The notes beneath the pieces were generated by a model. It was not told the DNA's origin. It did not search any database and saw nothing but the letters and a program-made list of their open reading frames with translations. From Rebecca billardiae RCC1528 (taxonomy: Eukaryota > Protista > Haptophyta), in assembly GCA_965240325.2 (NCBI GenBank), contig OZ251232.1, forward strand, positions 310,001 to 374,000: a stretch of DNA of 64,000 nt, written 5' to 3'. Positions 11,380-24,224 of the stretch are shown here, in pieces (within the stretch, counting starts at the first letter, position 1; every line of letters starts with the position of its first letter). A program made the position numbers and the translations under genes.

Positions 11380-13760
11380 CGGCCTGGGCAATGGCGCGCC
11401 AAACGCAGCGACCTGGCCCATCGCGCCCGCCGCGATGGGGTCGCTGGCACCTGATGATGCTGCACCCGCGCCCATCCGGGCCGCCAACACCAGCGGCAGC
11501 CACGCTCGAGTCTGCACTGCATGCGGCAGCAGCTGCTGGAATGGTCCCGCGGCGGATGACGGCTTTCGCCGCAGATGACAGCTCGGTGTCGCTCGCTCGA
11601 GGGGCCTCGTCGATGGACGCGCCGAGCGCCGTGACGTTGCTCCACACGACCACGGCACTGCCCAGCGCGCTGGAGCCGCTGCCATCTGGTGCTGCTGTGC
11701 CCGCGCCCAGCTGGGGCCCAGCTGCAGCTGCACTTGACTCCGCGCCGCATTGGCTGCAGCAGCAGGGATGGTGCCACGGCGGGCGGCGTGGGTCGGCGCA
11801 GCTGTCAGCTCGGCGGTGCGCGCCCGAGGGGCCCGGGCATTGGATGCACCGAGCGCGGTGTCACTGCTCGCCTCCCGCAGCGCGCTGGAGCCGCTGCCAT
11901 CCGACGCTGCTGCGCCCGCGCCCAGCTTGGGCAGCAGCGGCTGCGCTAGACTCCGCGCCGCGTGCGGCAGCAGCAGCAGGGATGGTGCCACGGTGGGCGG
12001 CGGCGGTTGCTGGAGCTGAAAACTCGGCTGTGTGCGCCCGAGGGGCCTGGGCGGTGGGCGCACCGAGCGCGGTGCCGCTGCTCGCCTCGCCCATGGCGCT
12101 CGAGCCGCTGCCATCCGACGCTGCTGCGCACGCGCCAAGCTTGGGCAGCAGCGGCTGCGCTCGACTCCGCGCCGAGTGCGGCGGCAGCAGCAGGGATGGT
12201 GCCAGGGCGGGCGGCGTGGGTCGCTGGAGCTGAAAGCTCGGCGGTGTGCGCCCGAGGGGCGTGGGTGCTGGACGCACCGAGCGCGGTGCCGCTGCTCGCC
12301 TCGCCCATGGCGCTCGAGCCGCTGCCATCCGGTGCTGGTGCGCCCGCGCCCAGCTGGGGCAGCAGCAGCAGCGGCGCTCGACTCCGCGCCGCGTGCGGCA
12401 GCAGCAGCAGGAATGGTGCCACTGTGGGCGGCGGCGGTTGCTGCAGCCGGCAGCTCGGTGGCGCACGCCCGAGGGGCCTGGGCTGCAGACGCGCTGAGCG
12501 CGCCATCGCCGCTCGCCTCCCGCAGCGCGCTGGAGCCCTGCCATCCGACGCTGCTGCGCTTGCGCCCAGCTTGGGCAGCAGCAGCTGCGCTCGACTCCGC
12601 GCCGCGTGCGGCGGCAGCAGCAGGGATGGTGCCACGGCGGGCGGCGGCGGTCGACGGAGCTGAAAGCTCGGCGGTGTGCGCCCGAGGGGCCTAGGCGTTG
12701 GACGCACCGAGCGCGGTGTCCCCGCTGGCCTCCCGCAGCGCGCTCGAGCCGCTGCCATCCGATGCTGCTGCACCAGCGCCCAGCTTGGGCAGCAGTAGCC
12801 GCGCCTGACTCCGCGCCGCGTGCGGCGGCAGCAGCAGGGATGGTGCCACGGCGGGTGGCGGCGGTCGACGCAGCTGAAAGCTCGGCGGTGCACGCCCGAG
12901 GGGCCTGGGCGGTGGGCGCACCGAGCGCGGTGCCGCTGATCGCCTCCCGCAGCGCGCTGGAGCCGCTGCCATCCGATGCTGCTGCACCAGCGCCCAGCTT
13001 GGGCAGCAGCAGCCGCGCCTGACTCCGCGCCGCGTGCGGCGGCAGCAGCAGGGATGGTGCCACGGCGGGCGGCGGCGGTCGACGCAGCTGTCGGCTCGGC
13101 AGCGCACGCCCGAGGGGCCTGGGCGCTGGGCGCACCGAACGCGGTGCCGCTGCTCGCCTCGCCCATGGCGCCTCGAGCCGCTGCCATCCGACGCTGCTGC
13201 GCCCGCGCCCAGCTTGGGCAGCAGCGGCTGCGCTCGACTCCGCACCGCGTGCGGCAGCAGCAGCAGGGATGGTGGCACGGCGGGCGGCGGTGGTTGCTGC
13301 AGCCGGCAGCTCGGCGGTGCACGCCCGAGGGGCCTGGGCGCTGGACGCACCGAGCGCGGTGCCGCTGCTCGCCTCGCCCATAGCGCTGGAGCCGCTGCCA
13401 TCCAGTGCTGCTGCGCCCGCGCCCGGCCAGGGCAGCAGCAGCAGCGCTCCACTCCGCGCCGCGTGCGGCAGCAGCAGCAGGGATGGTGCCACGGCGGGCG
13501 GCCGCAGCAGCTGAAAGCTTGGCAGTGCCCACCCGAGAGGCGTGGGCGCTGGACGCACCGAGCGCGGTGTAGCCGCTCGCCTCGTTCCGTAGCGCGCTCG
13601 AGCCTCTGCCATCCGATGCCGCTGCGCCCGTGCCCCGGCGCCGCTGCACGGCTGCAGCTGGCAGGCCTGGCAGCAGCTGCGCTCCGGAGGCTTCGCGCCG
13701 CATGCGGTGGTAGCAGCAGGGAGGTGCCACGGCCAAGCCGGCGGCGGTGGTCGGGCGGTG
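11380..13760 (+). repeat. Tandem array of a ~214-bp GC-rich unit, ~11 copies (left arm)
   Basis: Anchor GG(G/A)ATGGT recurs at 11765, 11979, 12193, 12409, 12623, 12837, 13051, 13266 and 13479. Confidence 0.93.
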
Positions 13761-14574
13761 CTGAGTGCTGCTTGGCACGCGCGCCGACCGGTCGTCGTTA
13801 AAACTACGTATCATACGTACTCTACTACAGTACTACGGTCCCGGCGTATAAGTATAGACTGCTGACCAGCTGACCGTGACCGTGTCGCGCCGGAGTGTAG
13901 CACGGTGATGACGCCAGCAGTCGAGCTGCTACTGCTGCTGCTCACTACTGATGCTCTTACATTGATGAGTTAGCTTCTACTAACTTACACTGTGAGCCGC
14001 CAGGCCCAGCACGACTTGTCGTCGCGACAGTCCGGCCGGACGCGGACGACGAGACCATCACATCACTGATAAGTGACTAGCTACGCGAGCAGTCAGGCTG
14101 TGACGGCGGACAGACGACAACACCGCCGCCAGGGTACCGATCCGGATAGACCGCTAGGTGGAGTAAGAGTCACTTATATATATATACGCACATGACGGCA
14201 GAGTGTCGGACAGCCGCCGCCCCGGAGCTGGCTGATGCATCGTCGTAGTCGGAGTACCGCTCTGAACGGCTAGTCGGAGCAGATTGACGATGATTCGTTC
14301 GAGATATATGCTCGGTGCCGTAGTACGCGTGGACAATTTAAAGAGTTCTTACGTACTCGTCTAGGCAGATGCTGATGTAGTGATGACGATGCATGATGCT
14401 GCTGATAACTTCTGCATCGCCTACCTGCCGGGCTACGACTGGTATGCGCCGCCGGCCTTATGAATATGAGCTGACCGGCATTGCCCGCCCCGGAACCTGC
14501 TGGCGGCTCGGCTCGCAGCAGGACAGAAGAAGTGTCGTAGCAACAGCTCCGGGGGCTGGCCAGCGCGCCTGACG

Positions 14575-15970
14575 CGTGCATCAGCGTCACTGCATTGCGC
14601 GCGTCTGCCGCCCAGGCCCCTCGCGCGTGCAGCACCGAGCTGCTAGCTGCATGCACCGCCGCCCGCCCGCCGTGGCGCCATCCCTGATGCTGCAGCCGCA
14701 CTCGGCGCGACAGGGCGCGGGCGCGGCAGCATCGGATGGCAGCGGCTCGAGCGCGCCGGGCGAGGCGAGAGGCGTCAGCGCGCTCAATGCACCCACCGCC
14801 CAGGCCCCTCAGGCGCACACCGCCGAGCTTTCAGCTCTAGCGTCGTCGCCCACCGTAGCACCATCCCTGCTGCTGCCGCCCCACGCGGCGCGGAGTCGAG
14901 CGCAGCCGCTGCTGCGCAAGCTTGGCGCGGGTGCAGCAGCGTCGGATGGCAGCGGCTCCAGCGCCATGGGCGAGGCGAGCAGCGGCACCGCGTTCGGTGC
15001 GTCCAGCGCCCAGGCCCCTCGGGCGTGCACCGCCGAGCCGACAGCTCCGTCGACCGCCGCCGCCCGCCGTGGCACCATCCCTGCTGCTGCCGCCGCACTC
15101 TGCGCGGAGTCGAGCGCAGCCGCTGCTGCCCAAGCTTGGCGCGGGTGCAGCAGCGTCGGATGGCAGCGGCTCCAGCGCCATGGGCGAGGCGAGCAGCGGC
15201 ACCGCGTTCGGTGCGCCCACCGCCCAGGCCCCTCAGGCGCACACCGCCGAGCTTTCAGCTCTAGCGACCGTCGTCGCCCACCGTAGCACCATCCCTGCTG
15301 CTGCCGCCGCACTCTGCGCGGAGTCGAGCGCAGCCGCTGCTGCCCAAGCTTGGCGCGGGCGCAGCAGCGTCGGATGGCAGCGGCTCGAGCGCCATGGGCG
15401 AGGCGAGCAGCGGCACCGCGTTCGGTGCGCCCACCGCCCAGGCCCCTCGGGCGTGCACCGCCGAGCTTTCAGCTCTAGCGACCGTCGTCGCCCGCCGTAG
15501 CACCATCCCTGGTGCTGCCGCCCCACGCGGCGCGGAGTCGAGCGCAGCCGCTGCTGCGCAAGCTTGGCGCGGGCGCAGCAGCGTCGGATGGCAGCGGCTC
15601 CAGCGCCATGGGCGAGGCGAGCAGCGGCACCGCGTTCGGTGCGCCCACCGCCCAGGCCCCTCGGGCGTGCACCGCCGAGCCGACAGCTCCGTCGACCGCC
15701 GCCGGCCGCCGTGGCACCATCCCTGCTGCTGCCACGGCACGCGGCGCGGAGTTGAGCGCAGCTGCTGCTGCCCAAGCTGGGCGCGGGCACAGTAGTGCTC
15801 GAGGCAGCGGCTCCAGCGCGCTTGGCAGTGCCGTGGGCGCATCGAGCAGCGTCACCACGCTCGGCGCGTCCGTCGTCCAGGCCCTTCGAACCAGTGACAC
15901 CAAGCTGTCAGCCGCGGCGACCGCCGTCATCCGTGCAGGACCATCCCAACGGCCCAGCTGCTGCTGCCGC
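14575..15970 (-). repeat. Inverted tandem array of the same 214-bp unit, ~6-7 copies (right arm)
   Basis: Anchor CCATCCC at ~14678, 14861, 15075, 15289, 15503 and 15716. Confidence 0.93.
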
Positions 15971-18040
15971 GTGCAGCATAGAGTAGAGCGCCCCTCAGCC
16001 TGCCGGCAGAGTGGGGCGCAGGTGTTTGAAGCAGCACCCGGCGGTTGGTCCTGCGCTCCTGGGCACGGCTATGTACCTGTTGGTCTCATGAATGCGGGGG
16101 AATGCCAGCGCTCGCCACGCGTGCTCAGCCTCTCAGCCTCGCAAAGCAGAGGAGCACTTCATCTGCGAGCTCACACAGCTGTGCCGCTGCCGTCTCCTTG
16201 CTGTGACGCGCAGAGCAAGTCGAGGAGTGTCTGGCGACCACCGGTGCCAGTGCTGCGCCGACAGGTAGATGCCCACCACCCGGCCGCGCCCGTAGCATGG
16301 GCGATGGTGAGATGAGTGGCAGCACAGCGCACAGCTACGAGCAAGGTTGATGTGCGACGGTGTGGAGGCACGCGTGCTCGCGGCATGCTCCGAGCCCCGT
16401 GCTGCGTGCCCCCTGCTGCTTCTCGCCCTTGGTCGTCTCCTCGTCGATGCCCTCCTCCCCCGTACGCGTGAGCTCCGCGACGCCATCGGGCCAGCCTACC
16501 AACGAACAGTGGGCGTGGCGCCCTGCTGACGGCTGGCTGCCATCGCAAGCCATGCACGCCTGCACACGGCAACAGGGCCGTTTGCGCCCTGTTGCCGTGT
16601 GCACGGCCACAGCGGGCCGGTGCACACGGCAACAGCAGTGCGAAACCCCCTGAGGGTGACCCCTTTTGCGCCCCAGTGTGCACACGACAACAGGGCGCAA
16701 ACGCCCCTGTTGCCGTGTGCAGTCGCCAGTGGCAAACGCCAGACCTTACTGGTCTGAGAGGACGAGGCGAGTGCAGGTATCATAATCACGAACGGTAATG
16801 AGTACCACTCCGCCAATTGCCCAATTGGCAATTCAGCTCGAATTGCGAATAATAAAGCTCGTAATGCCGCGGGCCCGCGGCTCGCAAGCAGCCGTGCATG
16901 GCTCCGTGGCTCATGACCGCGCTTCCGGCCTCCGGGACTCCACTGACCACTCGGCCACCCGCGGGCGACAGAGACTTGCATCGACGCGGTGCGCGGGGCT
17001 TACAGTACGGAATACAGGGTGTCAGTGTCACGGGCTCACCAGAATATCACTCTCAGATCGATCGCCCGGTGCGCCTCGGGCCTCGGCGGCCGGACGGCCG
17101 TTGTCACTGTCAGCGGAGCCGCCGAACTGAATAATCGTCGCGCATTAACTAACAATTTGATTGCCTGCGTCAGTGCGTCGCCACCGCCGCCTCAGAGTCG
17201 ACAGGGCAGTTCAGCGTTCAGGGCTATCTGTGTCATCTGAGGCCTCGTCACGCCCGTGTCCGAGTGGCCGCGATTCACGGCCCGAATGGGCCTACCGAAT
17301 CAGCCTACGGAGTCTGGCAGGCCTGGCTAACTGGCAGCCGGATCGTAATAATTACGAACTTCGTCCGCCGCGTTTCGAATGATTATGAATCGCCAGACGG
17401 TGCGTCGACGAGCTGTTCCGCTCGGCGATGGAGTGATGGGCGACTACGAAGTACGAGGGTCGAGGGGGGGGCCGGGGGCCGGGGGGACCGGACTACGGCG
17501 AGGAGCGCTGATCCTGGTGTTTGTCTCTGCTGCAGTCACTCTCTGCTGCTCGATCTGCTGCTACAGCTTGCTGACTGCTCTGACGCCTGCCCGTTGCATA
17601 CCACCGGTCGTTAATATAATAATCTCATATTATAATAATTTATTAATAATATTATAAATAATTAAGGTCGTCTCTGAATTATCTCAATAATCGGAATATT
17701 GCATGAACCGCGGGTCCTGAACGGTCCGCACTCAGAATGAAGACCGCCAGTCCGCCGCTGGCTCGGAGAGTCGGAGCGCTCAGGCACTGTTACGTACATG
17801 TCATCAGGCCCGGCGGCCAGCGGCAGGCTGCAGGCCCGCGGCCGCAGCAGCCAGCAGGGCCGCCAGGGGCGCGGCCGCGCGGCCGCGGAGGTCTGCGCGC
17901 GATCGGCGTACCCCGGAGCCTGCGCTTCTGGCTACAGCTGCTGGGGCGGGTCCACGCCGTGAGATGGGCCTGCGCCGCGGCCGGCGGCAGCGTCACCCGT
18001 GACCATGGCGGCCCTGCGCGCGTGCGTGGAGCCCCTTCGC

Positions 18041-21000
18041 TCACGCGCTGAACTCGAACGGGGCTGGCGGCGCCGGCTCCTCCATGTCGGCCGGGACGGC
18101 GGTGCCGCCCGTCTGCGACGGCTCCAGCAGCTCCTGGGGCTCGCCGGGCCGCAGGTCCTCGAGCATCACGAAGCCCGAGTGCCGCAGCAGCTGCGGCGCG
18201 CTCGGCGCGCCGGTGCCCGGCACCGTCGGCATCGAGGGCCCCTGCACGACCGGCGCGTACCGCGAGTCTGGCTGCACGGTGAGCACGGCCTCCTGCTGCG
18301 GCAGCACGCGCGCCGGGTTGCTCAGCAGCTGGAAGGGCGGCTCCTTCTCCTTGGGCGTCTTCTCCTTGGGCGCGCCCGGCTCGTCGGCCGCCGCGGGCGC
18401 GGCCGCCTTGCCCGATCCCTCCTTCGCGCCGCCGTCCACGTCCATCGCCGCCCCGCCGCCCTCCTTGTCCTTGGCGCGCCGCTCCGAGTCCTTGGCCTTC
18501 TCGCTGCGCTTCGCCTTTGCCGTCGTCGACAGCACGGCGGTGGCCACCTGCCGGGCGGCGGCGCGCGGCGGGCGCGGCGCGCGGCGCGCGCGCGTGAGCG
18601 CCACGCCCGCGCGCGCGCCACGCCGCCCGCGCCCGCGCCGCGCGCCGCGCGCGCACCTTGTCCACTTTGGACTTTGCGTCCGGCTTGACGGCGGGCGGGT
18701 AGGCGAACGACGAGGGCGGCGCGTTGGACGCGAAGCTCCACTTGGGCATGCGCAGCTCCGAGTTGAGGCCGATGAGCGCGGTGGGCGAGAAGGCGAGCGA
18801 GATGAACGGGACGAGCGGGTGCCAGAACCAAAAGTTGGTGAAGATCGCCATGCCCACGAACGCGGGCAGCTTCTTGTGGCCTGCGCGCGCGCCGCCCCGA
18901 GCGCGCAGCCATCGGCCACTCAGCCGCGCGCGCACGGCGGCAAGCGGCGCGCGCGGCGCTCGTGGCGGCGCGCGCCCCGCGGCGCGTGCGCGCACCGCGC
19001 TGCGACATGAGCTGGATCGTCACGTTGCGCCCGCCCGCCTCGAGGATGCCCGACGCGAGGATGGCGCCGAAGCGCGTCATCGCGTCCTCGTGCTTGTCCG
19101 AGACGACCTGCGGCACGGCACGGCACAGCGCGGGACGGCGCGGCACGGCCGTCGCGTCGCGTCGCGTCGCGTCGCGGCGCGGCGCGGCGCACATCGGCGC
19201 GGCGGGCAGCGAGCACGCACGCGGCGGTGAGCGCGAGCGGCGCGCGCGGCGGCGGCGTCGGCGAGGCGCGCGCGGCCGACGGCGCAGCGCACCTTCTCCA
19301 GCTGCTTGCGCAGCTGCCCGGCGCGCGACTCGGGCCCCTGCGGCGACGACTGCAGCAGCACCATCGCGCTCGCGATCAGCGCGCCCTGCCGCACGTACTC
19401 GACCGAGTCTGTCGACATCTTGTGCAGCATCTCGATGGCGTCGCGGAGGCCGGTGCCGGCGCACGCGACGCCGACGGCCATGGTCGCGCCGTACCGCACG
19501 TGCGGGTTGTAGCTCTCCGCGAGCAGCGCGACCACCTTCGGGCACTGCGCGGGCGCGTTGGCGAGGATGAAGCCGAGCGCCGTGACCGCGCCGCGCCGCA
19601 CGTTGTCCGACACGTCCGAGACGGCGATGTCGAGCACGCGCCGGATGGCCGAGTTGTTCGAGGTGCCGGCGTAGGCGAGCGCGAGGGTGTACGCGCCGCC
19701 GTACCGCAGGATGTCGTCCTTGTCCAGCAGCAGCTGCGTGATCATCCCGTCCGCCTCCTCCTCGCGCCCGTAGAAGACGACGCCGAGCGAGACGGAGAGA
19801 GCGCGGATGATCTTCTCGTGCTGCGTGTCGTGCGCGTACGCCACCATCTCCTCCGACGCGCGCGCCGAGCCCGAGCCGGCCATCACGAGGCCCATGGCGA
19901 AGGCGGCGGCCTCGCCCGCGACCGCCGAGTCGTTGTACAGCACGCCCTTCAGCTCGTCGTACAGCGCCGCGTCCTCCGTCGCCATGCACGCGAGGCCGAG
20001 CCCGAGGCACGCGCCGTGCAGCACCGTCTCGTTGGAGCCCGCGTTGCGCAGCGCGCCGAGCAAAAAGTCGCGCACCGAGGCGCCGTGGTTGGCGTGGATG
20101 AGGCCGAGGGCGTAGAGCGCGCCGCCCTCGGAGAAGGGCGACGCGGAGATCCCCTGCGTCGGCAGGTACGGCTGCAGCAGCCGCATCGCCTCCGTCATGT
20201 GCCCGCGGTGGATCACGCCGAGCGTCGCGGTCGCAACAAACTTGGACCAGTTGGTCGCGCGCGCGAGCCACTCGAGGTTGTCGCGGAGGAACGTGTCGGC
20301 GGTGGTGCCGGCGGACATGAGCGAGTGCGCGAGGACGATCGCGGAGTGGCACAGCGCGTTGCGCGGCTCGACCGCCGCCTTCATCGACGAGAGCAGCGCG
20401 AGGTCCGTCTTGTTGTTCCGGCAGAGGAACTCGAGGTGCAGGTGGATGGGCAGCACGCCCGTCAGGATGCGGCCGAGCTTGGCGCGCCGCGTCAGCTCGG
20501 CGTCGGCGGCGTCGGCGGCGGCGGGCGCGGCGGGCGGCGCGGCGGCGGCGGCGGCGGCGGCGTCGACGGCCATCGGCTCGGCCGGCGGCGCCGCGCCGCC
20601 CTCCGCCGCGGGCGCGCCCTCGCTCGGCGGCGCGGCGGCCGCGGCGGGCGGCGGCGGCGGCGGCGGGTGGACAAGCGCGCCCACCTTTGCGACAAACGAC
20701 TGCGAGCCGTTCTCGACGAGGTCGAAGGCGACCTGGCACGCGAGGAGGAACTCGCGGTCGGTGCCGTCGGCCAGCTTGGTCATCGTCGCGGCCACCGCGT
20801 CCACGTCGCCCAGCCGCGTGAGGCACTCGCACAGCCCGAGGTAGTCGGGCGAGGGCAGCCTGCGGAACACAGACACGAGCAGCCGCAGCACGTGCGTGCG
20901 GAACTCGCGCGAGGTGATGGCGCTCTTGCACGCGTCGAGGCAGTGCTCGAGCATGTGCGGCGTGAGGCCGGCGTCGGGCACGGGCGCGCCCGCCTCCGCC

Positions 21001-22029
21001 GCCGCCGCCGCCGCCGCCTCCGCCTCGGCGAACGTGCAGCTCGCGCCCACGCCCGCCAGCCGCTCGCGCGTGAGCGCGCGGTAGATCACGTCCAGCCGGC
21101 GCGACTCGATCGCAATCCCCAGCACCTGCTTGTACTGCTCGCGGTCGAAGCACGAGTCGAACATGCGCTCGACGAGCTCGACGAGCCGCGCGTCGATGTC
21201 CGCAGGGCTCCCCGCCGCCCCCTCCTCCTCGCCCCCCTTCACCGGCTTGCCCTCCGTCGCGCGCACGTGCTGCTGGCAGTACTCGTCGATGCACTTTGCG
21301 AGTAGCGTGTCCACGTACTCCGAGCCCACGCCCGAGACGTCGAAGAGCGAGCCGGCGCCGAGCGCGTACGTGAGCGCGTCGTCGAGCTCGCCCAGCTGGA
21401 AGTACACCTTCGAGGCCACCAGCGCGGCGAGCTCGCGCGACTTGAACGAGTCGTCCTCGTACAGCGCCTCGCTGCGCGCGGCGCGAGCGCGCGGCGCGGC
21501 GCGCGGCGCGAGAGCAAAGGCGCGCGCGCGCCGCGTGGCACGCCGAGTGAGGGCGAGGTCGCGCCGAGGCGGCAGCGCGGAGCGGATGCGAGCAGGCAGC
21601 CACCGCGCGCGCTCGCGCGCCACTGCTGTGCCCCACGGCAGCGCACGCGACGCGCTGCCGGCGTGCCGCGCGCGCGGTGGCGATCGCACGCGCAGTGCGC
21701 GCGCACATGTCTGGCAGGCAATCGGCGATCTCGGCCCAGAAGTCGTCGACGACGGCGTTGAGCTTGGTCAGCGCGTACGCTTTGATGTCCAGCTGGTCCT
21801 CCTCCAGCATGGCGATCAGGCCCGAGGCTGAAGCACGGCCGCGGGCCGCGGGGCGGGGGCGGGAGCCATCATGATCCGAGCTCCGCGCGCCGCACGCGCG
21901 GCAAGCCTCGCGCCTGGTGCGCGCAGTGCCGGAGGTGCGCGGTGCGGGGCGGAAGTGCTGTCTGCGCGCGAGGCACGCACCCGACGTGATCGTCGGCGCC
22001 CCGGGCGCCATCTGCACGGCGACGCTCAT
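18041..22029 (-). CDS. RPN2: 26S proteasome regulatory subunit RPN2 (PSMD1), 6 exons
   Basis: Exons 22029-21981, 21827-21707, 21471-19293, 19107-18996, 18880-18657 and 18547-18041. Motifs [32 protein letters not shown] repeats, [36 protein letters not shown] and PPAPFEF. Confidence 0.97.
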
Positions 22030-22386
22030 CCCCCTGGCGCCGTGCGCTCCAGCGGCTGGCGCGCGCGCTTGTCGTCCGACGCTGCTGCCACTGCGCTCTG
22101 CGAGTCGTTGCCGGACTCTTCCTGGAAAATCCGGTGGTTCTCGTCCGACAAGACCGTGCGGGTACCGATCGAGCGCGATGCATATGATAGGATAAGTACC
22201 GTGCGCAGATGATTCGAAGTCTTGCGACAGCCGCTCCAATAATCAAGCCTCAGTCGATCGGACGATCGCACTCACCGCATACATACAAGCCTTTTACCCG
22301 CGGGGAGGCTGCCACTGGCCCCTGCCGACCCCACCGACGACAGCGGCACGGGACGAGCGCCGGGCACCCTGCGCAGGCTCGCCGGG

Positions 22387-24224
22387 ATGGAGGGCGGCGA
22401 CATACCCAAGCTCGATGTGATGCTGATGCGCTCCAAGTCGGGCAACCAGATCCTCGACATCGACTTTGGCGGCGGCGAGACGATGAACCTCAGCCAAGCC
22501 AACGTGGCCGCGCAGCACGCGCAGCACGGGGCGGCGCTCGTGCACGCGACCGCGGCTCCGATGGCCCACTCGGCGCAGCAGCCGGGCTTCGCGAATGGGC
22601 AGGGCGCCGGTATGCGCCAAGTCCCTCCCTGGCGGCCGAGCCCGCCGCGTCGCAGGCGCGCCGCGCGCCTCGCGCCGGCTTGCCGTGCATGACCAGCCCC
22701 CGGCGTCGCGCTTGCCTCTCCCTGCCCTCGCGCACGCGGCGCGACAGCTCACCCGGCGATGATGGCGATGTACAACGGCGCGATGTCACAGGGCGTGCCG
22801 TCGCAGGCGCAGGTGATCCAGCAGCCCATCACCTCGAGCCAGCCGCTGCACATCGCCGGCGGCCACCAGGTCGTCGCGCCGCGCCGGCTGAAGATCCTCG
22901 AGCACCACGTGCACCGCATCGACACGTCCACCAAGGACAACGGGCAGCCGGAGGAGGAGCTGGTGGTGTCGAACCTGCGGCACTTCTCGATCAAGGTGCG
23001 CGCGCCGCCGCCGCCGCCAGTCGTCGTGCCGCCCGCTGCGCGCGCGCGCGTGCGCGCCTCTCGCGCGCGCAGCGCAGGCGCAGGCCCCGGCTGTGGCGCG
23101 ACGCTCAACTGCACGCCGCACCGCGCGCGCGACCGCGCAGGTGGGCCTGGTTGACCAGAGCGACAACCCGATCATGGACACGGAGCTCCCGCTGCTCGCG
23201 ACGCTGCTCTACGAGAACGGCCTCCCCGTGAAGCAGCTCTCCAACTCGGAGCCGCTGCTGGTCGGGGACCCAGAGGTTGTGTGCCTGCAGGGCCAGGCGG
23301 TCTTCAAGCTGCGCATCACGTCGCTCTCGTCGCACCGCGACAAGCAGCGCTTCCGGATTCAGATCGCGCCGCAGAACATCATGCTGCGGAATAGCGAGCC
23401 CGCGCTCACCGTCGTGACCGACGCGATGAAGTCCGTGACCAAGCTCGCACATCGTTCAGGTGCGCGCGAGTTGGCGCGCGAGAGTGCCCGGCGCGCGCCG
23501 CGCGGCGCGCGCGCGCCTGGCCGCCGCGTGGCTGCAGCGCGCGGCTGCTGCGTGGGCGTGAGCGCGACCTTGCGCCAGCTCGCCCGCGCGAGCGCACCGC
23601 CCCTCACCGCCGAGGCCCGCCGCGCGCGCACGACCGGCACGCCGCACGCCGCGCGCGCGCGCAGCTGCCAAGGACCCGCAGCAGCAGGGGCAGGAGGGGG
23701 CGGGCGGCGGCGCGGCCGCGGGCCACAAGCGGCCACGCGACGACGACGCCTCGGAGCAGGAGCTGCGCGCGCTCAGCAAGGCCATGCGTGAGCAGGCGGC
23801 GCAGATTGAGTGCGCGCGCGCGCAGGCGCGGCGCACGCCGACCCCGTGCCATCGCCCCTCACATGCGCCCGCGCTTCCGCCGCCGCTGCCCGGCCCGCAG
23901 GAGTCTGCAGGCCATGCAAGCGACTGCGCTGGAGCAGCTGCGCCAGATCGGCGCCCTCGTGCGAAGTGCGCGCCTCGCGTGCGCGTGCGCGCGAGCGGCT
24001 GCCCGTGCGCACGGTGCGCGAGAGCGCGCGCTCATGTGCCGCCGCCGCCCGCCCCCCCGCACGTGCGCGCGCGTGCAGCACTGGTGCCTGCGGATGCCGC
24101 CGCCAAGGCGCTGGCCGAGGCGCCGCCAGTAGCCGTGAGCGCCCCGGTGCGCGCACAATCGGAGGAAGCGGACCCTGCGCCGGAGGGCGACGAGGATGAC
24201 GATGACGAGCAGAGGGCGGAGTGA
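22387..24224 (+). CDS. Putative transcription factor with CudA/plant-STAT-like Ig-fold DNA-binding domain and coiled coil, 6 exons
   Basis: Exons 22387-22609, 22748-22995, 23141-23459, 23665-23809, 23901-23965 and 24079-24224 (GT-AG, in frame). Motif ATLLYENG..V...AVFKLRITSLSSHRDKQRFRIQI...SVTK, Q-rich N-terminus and HKRPR basic patch. Confidence 0.7.

Larger units (their letters stand above)
10508..16751. mobile_element. 6.24-kb foldback (FB/Galileo-like) transposon with 7-bp TSD
   Basis: TSD GTCTGAG at 10501-10507 and 16752-16758; CAG...CTG termini; near-identical inverted outer arms 10508-11090 / 16169-16751; internal mirrored 214-bp tandem arrays; unique core ~13800-14570. Confidence 0.9.

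Noticed and set aside
13800-14570. Transposase in the foldback core
   Set aside because: Stop-rich, with no recognisable motif
11353-16315. Long Ala/Arg-rich ORFs (up to 622 aa) and a possible CRISPR-like array
   Set aside because: They arise from a 214-bp head-to-tail satellite whose period is not a multiple of 3; there are no unique spacers and no cas genes
18322-22239. 1305-aa ORF and antisense ORFs over RPN2 (likewise 45137-47761, 41770-43509, 5956-7620)
   Set aside because: Alternative-frame or antisense shadows caused by extreme GC content; the true frame carries the conserved motifs
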